Of a stretch of 20,000 bases of DNA, positions 8,158 through 15,150 are shown one piece after another (position 1 is the first letter of the stretch; the number at the start of each line of letters is the position of its first letter). The stretch is from an uncultured virus (IMG/VR IMGVR_UViG_3300022925_000015) (taxonomy: Duplodnaviria; Heunggongvirae; Uroviricota; Caudoviricetes), in IMG/VR virus record IMGVR_UViG_3300022925_000015; one strand, written 5' to 3'. Under the pieces are notes generated by a model that made no database searches, had not been told where the DNA came from, and saw only the letters and a list, made by a program, of their open reading frames with translations. The position numbers were made by a program, and so were the translations under genes.

Positions 8158-8175
8158 GTGTTTAACTGGCTTTTT
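8142..8175 (-). terminator. rho-independent terminator, possibly bidirectional
   Basis: Minus strand AAAAA-GCCAGTTAA-ACAC-TTGACTGGC-TTTTTTT: 9-bp stem with one U-G pair and a U7 tail, about 20 nt after the stop of the 335-aa gene. Confidence 0.85.
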
Positions 8176-8196
8176 ATATAATTTTGGTTAAATTAA

Positions 8197-9204
8197 TTAG
8201 CAGTCTGGTCCGCAGTTGCAATTATCATCGCATTTGCCTTTGCAGTCACATTCTGGTCCGCAGTTGCAGTCTTTATTTTCTGTAAGACTTTTTTCTACAA
8301 CGTCATACATTTCAAAACGTCCACCGTTTCTTTCATAAAGCATTGCAGCAAAAATTTCTTGTTTGTTTGACTCTTCAATTTTAGAAGCAGCAACTCTGTT
8401 AGCCCAATTCCAAAGGATATCGTCCATAGGATCAATTGCTTGTTGTCCACCGCTTTCTTTTACTAATTTCATCATCTCTACAAATGACATTTTAGTTTCT
8501 TTAGGCTCTGCTGATTCTTTTACAGTTTTCTTTTTCTTCTTGCCATACGCACCTTCGTCCATTTCTTTATCGTCGGACTTTTTGCCTTTGACCATATTCT
8601 TAAATTTTTCTTGTGCTTTCTTTTGAGCAGCGGATTTTGCTTCTACAATTTCGCCTTCCATATCTACAAAAGAAACTGACTCGTCTTTTTTCTTCTTGTA
8701 TTCTTCCATACAAGATTCACACATTTCTTTTAGTTTCTCTTGATCACAATCTGGATGTGCTTCACACATTTCTTTTACTGACATACCTTTACTGCACATC
8801 ATTAAAATGCTTTTCTTGCTAGGTAATTTTGCTTTCTTCTCTGCTTTAATTACTTGCTCTGCTTCGTCTACTTTTTTCTTTTTCTTAGCATCTTTAGCAG
8901 CCTTCTTCATAGGCTCTTTTTTGTCACCGTCGCCATCGATGTCAATGTAGTCTGGCTTTGCTTCTTCAACTTTGGACTCAGTTACAACTTGCTTTGTTTG
9001 AGGAACAGTAACACCTGCAAGTTTTGTAATATCATTTACTTCGTCTCTCGGAGCAACGTTTTGTGCTGCTTCCATAAGTTTTGTATCAGTAGGCTGTACA
9101 AATATACCTGTTGATTCTGCTAATTCTGTTAAACGATTCAAATCCTCTTTTGGCGTAGTAGGATCGATCTCATATAATTTTTTTAATAATTCTCTATTGT
9201 CCAT
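8197..9204 (-). CDS. charged low-complexity modular protein; probable head-internal/prohead core protein
   Basis: K/E-rich; many [LIV]xE sites (LAE, LME, VTE, VEE, VDE, IVE, VKE, LTE); DIDGDGD motif; Cys-rich tail; TAAATA and SD upstream. Confidence 0.7.
   Translation of the reverse strand: MDNRELLKKLYEIDPTTPKEDLNRLTELAESTGIFVQPTDTKLMEAAQNVAPRDEVNDITKLAGVTVPQTKQVVTESKVEEAKPDYIDIDGDGDKKEPMKKAAKDAKKKKKVDEAEQVIKAEKKAKLPSKKSILMMCSKGMSVKEMCEAHPDCDQEKLKEMCESCMEEYKKKKDESVSFVDMEGEIVEAKSAAQKKAQEKFKNMVKGKKSDDKEMDEGAYGKKKKKTVKESAEPKETKMSFVEMMKLVKESGGQQAIDPMDDILWNWANRVAASKIEESNKQEIFAAMLYERNGGRFEMYDVVEKSLTENKDCNCGPECDCKGKCDDNCNCGPDC
8204..8268. repeat. 17-bp direct repeat encoding duplicated CNCGP(E/D)C
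   Basis: tctggtccgcagttgca at 8204-8220 and 8252-8268. Confidence 0.9.
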
Positions 9205-9225
9205 AGTTGTTCCTCTCTATAGAAG

Positions 9226-9231
9226 TATTTA
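9226..9231 (-). promoter_or_regulatory. putative late-promoter motif TAAATA
   Basis: GATAAATAC upstream of the SD/ATG of the 335-aa gene; recurs upstream of several genes; resembles the T4 late promoter TATAAATA. Confidence 0.55.
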
Positions 9232-9660
9232 TCTTCTTACAGGATTCTCTCCAAAAATACTATTCTTCATATCTAGCGCATTTTTGGCAGTTCCGTTGGC
9301 TGCTTTTGGTTGATTTACTTTAGGTTGTGGTGGTGCTTTTGTACCACTTTTGCCCGGAGATCCTGTATATGACTTTTTACCACGTGCTTTACCTGGGCTT
9401 AAATGCGGTGCTTCAACACTAGCAATACTACCTGCTGCTGTAGCGCCTGCTGTTGCAGATTCGCTTTTATAACCCTTTTCACCTGCTTCTTTCTCTAATT
9501 CAAACTTTCTGCGCATAAGTTCTTTCTTTAACTTTTCGCTTTTGTGTGTTTCAGGATCCAACTGAATATCCTGCAATGCTTTACGCTTTGCTTCATAATC
9601 TGCTTTATCTTTAGTAATAGACGTTCTGCTATCTTCTGTAAATAATTCACTCAGTTTCAT
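9229..9660 (-). CDS. hypothetical protein with MKLSELFTE leader; probable head-internal protein
   Basis: N-terminal motif shared with neighbours; ESATAGATAAGSIASV segment; basic, Pro-rich C-terminal half. Confidence 0.7.
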   Translation of the reverse strand: MKLSELFTEDSRTSITKDKADYEAKRKALQDIQLDPETHKSEKLKKELMRRKFELEKEAGEKGYKSESATAGATAAGSIASVEAPHLSPGKARGKKSYTGSPGKSGTKAPPQPKVNQPKAANGTAKNALDMKNSIFGENPVRR

Positions 9661-9664
9661 AATA

Positions 9665-9790
9665 CTATTTAGCCTGTTTACGTTCTTCTAGATACTTTTT
9701 CCAATAAGCCATACGCTCATTAAAACTAAGACGTTTTTCATCGTGTTCCTTTAATTTAGCAACATAATGCTTAATGTCTATTTCTTCCAT
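9665..9790 (-). CDS. small charged hypothetical protein (41 aa), missed by ORF track
   Basis: AAGGA SD, ATG 9790; MEEIDIKHYVAKLKEHDEKRLSFNERMAYWKKYLEERKQAK*; fills the gap between genes. Confidence 0.6.
   Translation of the reverse strand: MEEIDIKHYVAKLKEHDEKRLSFNERMAYWKKYLEERKQAK
9666..9671 (-). promoter_or_regulatory. putative late-promoter motif TAAATA
   Basis: GCTAAATA-GTATT-ATG: motif 5 nt before the start codon at 9660, with no SD. Confidence 0.5.
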
Positions 9791-9971
9791 CTAATATATC
9801 CTTCATTACACGCGATGCTGTATTTGTAAAGAATCTTGGAGCAATACTGTGTACAATTAGTGCAGGTACTAAGCATTGCAGTTTTACAGCAGTCTTAAGT
9901 GCTTTAAGCATATGCTGTGTTCCAGTTTCTCCTACTTTCTCTAGGTGTAGTTTACATTGTTTACTAAACAT
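9771..9971 (-). CDS. DUF6356-like small protein
   Basis: Pattern HLEKVGET..QHM..A......L.....LIVHSIAPRFFTNTAS with three spaced His residues, recalled as DUF6356-like. Confidence 0.65.
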   Translation of the reverse strand: MFSKQCKLHLEKVGETGTQHMLKALKTAVKLQCLVPALIVHSIAPRFFTNTASRVMKDILDGRNRH

Positions 9972-11380
9972 TATTTCTTCTTCTTTCCGCTTTTCATATT
10001 AGCACACCAGTGGTACATCTTTGCACGTTCGCCTGATGCGTTCTTTGCTTTTTTACGTAATGATGTAACGGACCCGTTACAACTAGCACCTGAACGTTTT
10101 ACACGTCCTGGTCTGCTTTTGCCTTTTTTCTTACCATCTGCAAAGTTTTCTTCAATATGTTCTCTTATTAAATGATGGAAACTTTCTTCTATCTCTGCTT
10201 TTAGTTTTTTGGCAGTCCTTTCAAACTTGTGATCCTTATGCTTGAACCCTATGCCTCCGGCACTTTCCCACGCACTTATGTTTACACCATAATCGTCAAT
10301 TAGGATATTAGGTGTGCCGTCGGAGTTAGTAGCATACTTCGCCTTATCCTTTGTTATGATGACTTCGCTTGGCGGGAAGAAGTCTAAATTCTTTTTAATC
10401 CATTCACGCTTATGTGGTTCTGAATTAGGATCATTTGCTAATGGTGAACTTAGAATTTTGTAATCGCCTTTTACTTGTTTAATAATACCAAGTAAATTTT
10501 TAGCATTAGAAGTAAAAGGAATGTTTAACCAAAAATCCTTTTCGTCTCTAATTTTTTTAAGTGCTGGTTCAATTTCATCTTTACCTAGTTCGCGCCAATC
10601 TTTGCCAACTAGTCTTTTCCACTCGCCAAAAAAGTCTGCGAGTACTCCGTCCATATCTACATATATTTCTGACTTAGGATTAAGTCCTTGAAACATATCT
10701 TCATATGTTTTCTTTTTCTTTTTCTTAGGAAACAGTTTTTTAACATTCATATATTCGCCGCCTACAGGAACATCTGCGGTAGCATTTTGTTTTGTAACAA
10801 TACCAACGCCAGCGGCTTCTTCATACATAGATTCTGGAACATCATCACGCCAAGTTAAATCTTTTGGATCAGCAATAACTGCACGTATCTTATCTGCGTT
10901 TGCTTTTAGATGTGCAAAATATCTGTGATGTCCGTCAACAATTAGTAACTTACCTTCGTGTGGCACAATCACAATAGGTTTGATCTTATCGCCTGCTTTG
11001 ATCCTATCAACAAACTTCATCATATTGTCGTGATTGTCTTTAGCATCCATTTTATCAGCAGGTTCAAATGGTGTAAGTTTAGATACGTCTATTACTTTTA
11101 CTGTTTGCTTTTTGTAATAATCATCATCAACATCAGCGCCTTGATACTCGGGATTAGTCCACATAGTTATTTCTGCGCCTTCTGTTTTCTTTTTAGTTGG
11201 TAATCCTTTGTGCTTTGTTTTAGCAAAGTCTTTTGCATCTGCCTTTGAAATATCTTTAGCAACTTCGCCTGCTTCGCCAGACTTTTTCATATCGCCCTTT
11301 TGCATTGCTCTTACAATACCAAAGAACTGTTGTTGCTTTTTGCTAACTGCTTTTTCAGATATGATTTCGTATGCTCTCAT
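9971..11380 (-). CDS. multidomain protein: DUF3008-like + ParB/Srx-like + HAD 5'(3')-deoxyribonucleotidase-like + basic C-terminal module
   Basis: AVSKKQQQFFG...KDFAKTKHKGLP (DUF3008-like); PIVIV...LIVDGHHRYFA (ParB N-terminal motif); IYVDMDGVLADF, ILSSP, K, ILIDD (HAD motifs I-IV); tail SRPGRVKRSGASC...HWCANMK. Confidence 0.85.
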   Translation of the reverse strand: MRAYEIISEKAVSKKQQQFFGIVRAMQKGDMKKSGEAGEVAKDISKADAKDFAKTKHKGLPTKKKTEGAEITMWTNPEYQGADVDDDYYKKQTVKVIDVSKLTPFEPADKMDAKDNHDNMMKFVDRIKAGDKIKPIVIVPHEGKLLIVDGHHRYFAHLKANADKIRAVIADPKDLTWRDDVPESMYEEAAGVGIVTKQNATADVPVGGEYMNVKKLFPKKKKKKTYEDMFQGLNPKSEIYVDMDGVLADFFGEWKRLVGKDWRELGKDEIEPALKKIRDEKDFWLNIPFTSNAKNLLGIIKQVKGDYKILSSPLANDPNSEPHKREWIKKNLDFFPPSEVIITKDKAKYATNSDGTPNILIDDYGVNISAWESAGGIGFKHKDHKFERTAKKLKAEIEESFHHLIREHIEENFADGKKKGKSRPGRVKRSGASCNGSVTSLRKKAKNASGERAKMYHWCANMKSGKKKK

Positions 11381-11577
11381 TCTACGGGTTTCTCACCTGT
11401 TAGTTTTGGTAATGAGAACCACAACTTAAACCATTCAGGGGTTCCTGGTTGTATGTTGTGTTTCTTTTCTAAATATTGTTTTTCTGTGCCTGTTATCGAT
11501 AGATTGGGTCCGTCATATGCTTTCCAGCCGTGACGTTCATAGATACCCGCTAGTCTTTTTAACTCTTCGATCTCCAT
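11377..11577 (-). CDS. small hypothetical protein
   Basis: ELKRLAGI N-terminal motif and IQPGTPEWFKLWF motif; coupled to both neighbours by start/stop overlaps. Confidence 0.8.
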   Translation of the reverse strand: MEIEELKRLAGIYERHGWKAYDGPNLSITGTEKQYLEKKHNIQPGTPEWFKLWFSLPKLTGEKPVE

Positions 11578-12443
11578 TACATCTTAACACAGTTGTCTAC
11601 AGTCTTGCCGCCCTTTTTCTTAGTTCCCATACGCTTGTAGCCTTTCCAGCATACTTTACCGTCAACACCTTTTTGCTTTTCTTCGTTTACACTTTCATAC
11701 TGCTTTTGCATTTCTTCTGGTAGTGCTGTAAAGCGAGCCTTGCCACACTCAGAACATACTGATTCTTGTGTTGCTTCAGGAACTGCTAGTTCGTTTTCCA
11801 AGTAGTGTTTTGCCTTGCTTAACATCTGCAAACTCTTAGTAACTTTACTCTGCCACCAGTGGGGGAAATCACTGTCTTCAGGTAAGTCATCTAGCATTGT
11901 GAAAAGTTCTTTAGCATACTTTGCTGCTTGGTATAATTCTTTACGAATCATATGACGTTCGTCATCTTCGTGTCCAATTGAAGTTTCCATAGTGTTATCA
12001 GAATCTGGATCGTATCCATCATCTGGCTTTGGATCTTTAACTTTAGAAAGTGAGTCATCTTTTTGTCCCTGTGCCCATTTCATAAGTTTCATAATCTTTT
12101 CTTTAGGCAACTTAGTTCTTTTTTCAAGTTCTTCAATTGACCTTGCACCACCTGGTGCTCCATATCTTGTTAATTCATCACCAACACGTGACATAACATT
12201 TGATAATGCATCGTCCTTTGTTGTTACTGATTTGTCCATAAGTATTCTACCCATTCTGGACAATTCTCCACCTTGTGGATGATCGTAGGCTTCTTCCATT
12301 TCTTTTCCCCTGTGTTTAGATTTACCTTGTTTCATTTCTTTCTTTTTATCTCTATGAGCACCAGCAGCACCACTTTTACGTAGTGCATCCATTTCTTTCC
12401 AGTTTGGATCTCTACTCTTTATCGGCTTCTGCTTCTTGTTCAT
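11577..12443 (-). CDS. modular charged protein; probable head-internal protein
   Basis: Several short modules separated by Glu sites, including ELYQAAKYA...WWQSKVTK...HYLE, CSECGK and C-terminal CWKGYKRMGTKKKGGKTVDNCV. Confidence 0.7.
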   Translation of the reverse strand: MNKKQKPIKSRDPNWKEMDALRKSGAAGAHRDKKKEMKQGKSKHRGKEMEEAYDHPQGGELSRMGRILMDKSVTTKDDALSNVMSRVGDELTRYGAPGGARSIEELEKRTKLPKEKIMKLMKWAQGQKDDSLSKVKDPKPDDGYDPDSDNTMETSIGHEDDERHMIRKELYQAAKYAKELFTMLDDLPEDSDFPHWWQSKVTKSLQMLSKAKHYLENELAVPEATQESVCSECGKARFTALPEEMQKQYESVNEEKQKGVDGKVCWKGYKRMGTKKKGGKTVDNCVKM

Positions 12444-13041
12444 CTGATAATCCCATTCCTTTTCTTACTGCTTTGAAAAGGTCTTCTGCGTGTTCTCCAG
12501 CACCTGTGTGTGCTGTAAATTTTTTTAAATTATTATTGACGGCATCTTCACGTGCAAGTGTTCCGCTAATACCCTCTGTGCCTTCTGCACCATCTTCTCT
12601 TTCACCACTTGAAACAAAATCCATAGTTTCAAATTTATACTTGTGTTCTAATGGTCCTTTCTTTCCTTCTTCTTTTCCGTTGTAACTTTTAATAAGTTCA
12701 CGCATACTGTCTAGTCTATCACTACCTGCTACAAACGTAATGTGTCTAACACCTTCGTCGAATAATGATGCACATACTTTGTCTATAGTGTTTAAGTTGC
12801 TGTTTTGTACTACATCGCCTGCATAGTTAGGATGTATTTTTCTAATAAAATCTATTTTTTGATCGTATGTTAAAGGATTCTTTTTTGTGTCTTGAGATAG
12901 TGTTGTGAAGATTTTCATCTCCCCACCTTGCGCTTTCATAGTATCGAAAAGTTTCTTATGCCCTAATGTTGGTGGATTGAATCTACCAAAGCAAAAGGTA
13001 ACGTGCTTTTCTGTATCTTCAAAAAGCTCATTAATCCTCAT
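12412..13041 (-). CDS. cytidylyltransferase-like (HIGH-class) nucleotidyltransferase
   Basis: FGRFNPPTLGH, NPL...K, VAGSDR and ISGT..R motifs; start reassigned to MRINELFE at 13041. Confidence 0.85.
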   Translation of the reverse strand: MRINELFEDTEKHVTFCFGRFNPPTLGHKKLFDTMKAQGGEMKIFTTLSQDTKKNPLTYDQKIDFIRKIHPNYAGDVVQNSNLNTIDKVCASLFDEGVRHITFVAGSDRLDSMRELIKSYNGKEEGKKGPLEHKYKFETMDFVSSGEREDGAEGTEGISGTLAREDAVNNNLKKFTAHTGAGEHAEDLFKAVRKGMGLSDEQEAEADKE

Positions 13042-13366
13042 AATCGCCACGCTCCATAAAGTTATCTTGCTCTGCTGCAAATTTCTTTGCCATTAGAATA
13101 ATAGTTTGTCTTGGAATTTTTTGTTCACAATCTTCAACATTGAACTTACTAGCATACATTTCTCTACATCCTTCTAAAGGCTTAATATAAATTTTGTATG
13201 CATCTGGATGTCCTTTGTATGTTTCGTGTTTCTTAATAGCAGGAAACATATATTGACTAAGCGCATCATTATCATTGTCGATGAACACTCTCATATCATC
13301 TGGCCAATTGATATCGTCGTTGTCTTTTGGTGCGCCTATTGGCGAGAATAATTCATTTAACTTCAT
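13031..13366 (-). CDS. hypothetical protein with MKLNELF leader (111 aa)
   Basis: Start reassigned to ATG 13366, 1 nt after the upstream stop, with AGGAAG upstream; helical sequence. Confidence 0.75.
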   Translation of the reverse strand: MKLNELFSPIGAPKDNDDINWPDDMRVFIDNDNDALSQYMFPAIKKHETYKGHPDAYKIYIKPLEGCREMYASKFNVEDCEQKIPRQTIILMAKKFAAEQDNFMERGDYED

Positions 13367-13367
13367 A

Positions 13368-14051
13368 TTACCACTTCCTACACGACCAATATCTTGCTTT
13401 TGTTCTTGGTCCTGGGTTTGCACAGTTATGTCTAGCACGGAATGATTTTCTACGTTTTGGGTTTGATTTTTTAATACGCATATTCGGATCACCAAAGTTT
13501 ACTTTTTTAATGTTTTTTGTTTTAGGATCACGAACATATACTTTAAACTTCTTAACATCGCCACGCATTGGTTTGCCTAAAGGAACTTTACGTCCTCTGT
13601 ATTCTGCTTCGTCTATTGGTAGATCTTCGTGCCAAGGTAAGTATCCATAATATTCATAGAACTCTTCACCTTCAAACGTTTGTTCATCGGAATCATCAAT
13701 GCTTTCACCTTGCGAGTATTTGTTATCTGCATTTTTAATTTCGTCCATAGCATCTTCAAATGCTGCTTCCATTGCTGCTTCGTGATCTGTTTCACCTGGC
13801 TGCACAGTGTATGTTGCCAAGTCATCATCTACTTTAGCGTTTCCGTCTGGTTCACATTCGCCTTTTAGTGACTTAGGGTCAACTTCAGCATAGTAACCGT
13901 GTTCATCGCTTTGTTTAATTTCTGCTTTGTAGTGTAAAGTACCCATTTGCGTTTCACCGTCATCTCCGGTAAATTCAAATTCTACTTCACCTTCCATATG
14001 TTCTGGCATAAAGCCTTCTAACATATTAAGTTTGTCCAATAGATCACGCAT
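13368..14051 (-). CDS. acidic N-terminal region fused to a basic C-terminal domain (DUF5754-like)
   Basis: C-terminus KKFKVYV...KKVNFGD...RRKSFRARHNC...ARYWSCRKW follows an IDE site; SD AAAGGA. Confidence 0.75.
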   Translation of the reverse strand: MRDLLDKLNMLEGFMPEHMEGEVEFEFTGDDGETQMGTLHYKAEIKQSDEHGYYAEVDPKSLKGECEPDGNAKVDDDLATYTVQPGETDHEAAMEAAFEDAMDEIKNADNKYSQGESIDDSDEQTFEGEEFYEYYGYLPWHEDLPIDEAEYRGRKVPLGKPMRGDVKKFKVYVRDPKTKNIKKVNFGDPNMRIKKSNPKRRKSFRARHNCANPGPRTKARYWSCRKW

Positions 14052-14080
14052 AGTATAATTCCTTTAATAGATTTATACTG

Positions 14081-14086
14081 TATTTA
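14081..14086 (-). promoter_or_regulatory. putative late-promoter motif TAAATA
   Basis: GCTAAATACAGT in the intergenic gap upstream of ATG 14051. Confidence 0.55.
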
Positions 14087-14102
14087 GCGTTAAATGTAAA
14101 GT

Positions 14103-14459
14103 TTAAAGATTATAACGAATAGCGTTTATTGTGCCATTTTGTATATTATATGCAGCTCTAACCCATACAAAACGCCCTGTAAAGTTAAAACTTTGGTTTG
14201 AACTAAATGCACTACTGTCATCTCCATAGCCTAATTCAGTATCTGCTATGTCTACCCAGTCATTATCTCCTGGATATTGTGCTAATGTACCTTGCATTTT
14301 AATAGATCCAATGAAAGAATCTAGTGAATAATATGCTGTATGTGTACCGTCATTGCCGTGATGATACCCTGCTCCTTTGTCTTTATCTGTGTAAGCATAG
14401 GTACTATCTGCAGAAACTGTATTTGTGTTTTCTAGTAATGTAATTGTTTCAATGGTCAT
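14103..14459 (-). CDS. hypothetical beta-rich protein, possibly virion structural
   Basis: 118 aa with an all-beta pattern (IKMQGTL, WVDI, FNFTGRFVWVRA). Confidence 0.75.
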   Translation of the reverse strand: MTIETITLLENTNTVSADSTYAYTDKDKGAGYHHGNDGTHTAYYSLDSFIGSIKMQGTLAQYPGDNDWVDIADTELGYGDDSSAFSSNQSFNFTGRFVWVRAAYNIQNGTINAIRYNL

Positions 14460-14463
14460 ACTG

Positions 14464-14469
14464 TATTTA
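14464..14469 (-). promoter_or_regulatory. putative late-promoter motif TAAATA
   Basis: AATAAATA-CAGT-ATG: motif 4 nt before the start at 14459, with no SD. Confidence 0.5.
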
Positions 14470-15150
14470 TTTAATAATGTGTTTATATACCTTTCCGATC
14501 ATACCACTTTCACGTAATCTTAACATCATAAGAGTGTGATCATCTTGTACATATATGTATCTTCTATCCCAGTTTTGTCTAGTTTCTATAAGCCACTTAC
14601 GTATACTAGAAGTAAAAGTAATATTAGGAACTTGTAGTTCTAGCCAATCACTTAGTTTTACACGATCTGCGTGATTGCCTAGTTTGTGTGGTAGCAAATA
14701 AACTTTATACAAATATTTATTATGCGGCAAGCGTTTAACAAATACGCTGTTTTTACTATTAAGAAGGTCTTGTTCTGTACCTGGAGCAGGCTCAAATCTA
14801 CGCCATACTATTTTATCATCAGCAAATTCTGCACCTATAGCATCGTATATGCTACGGTCATTTGTATAGACGTCTATGTTATTACCCTCTACACGTAGTT
14901 GTATTTTGTCTTTATTTGCTTGTACTATTAGACCAAGTTTAATCCAATCTGCTGCTGAATACAAAAAGTCATTTGTATTCTTTTCTGCCCAGTAGTTGTC
15001 TTTAGGTTGACTGCCACCTTGTGCTACAGAAATAATATCGTTAATACTCCACACACGTAATGCATAAGCACCGTGTAGAATACAACTTATTTTATAAACG
15101 TATTTGTTGTAAAACTTACGCTTTGTTTTCTTCGGCTTCGGCAGCGGCAT
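14467..15150 (-). CDS. hypothetical protein (227 aa)
   Basis: Long ORF with AAGGAAG SD, overlapping the end of clpA; YNKYVYKI and HNKYLYKV hint at an internal duplication. Confidence 0.8.
   Translation of the reverse strand: MPLPKPKKTKRKFYNKYVYKISCILHGAYALRVWSINDIISVAQGGSQPKDNYWAEKNTNDFLYSAADWIKLGLIVQANKDKIQLRVEGNNIDVYTNDRSIYDAIGAEFADDKIVWRRFEPAPGTEQDLLNSKNSVFVKRLPHNKYLYKVYLLPHKLGNHADRVKLSDWLELQVPNITFTSSIRKWLIETRQNWDRRYIYVQDDHTLMMLRLRESGMIGKVYKHIIK

Noticed and set aside
13042..13495. Long N-terminal extensions of the 222-aa and 154-aa ORFs
   Set aside because: They overlap upstream genes; internal ATGs (13041, 13366) sit at gene junctions and begin with the shared tag motif.
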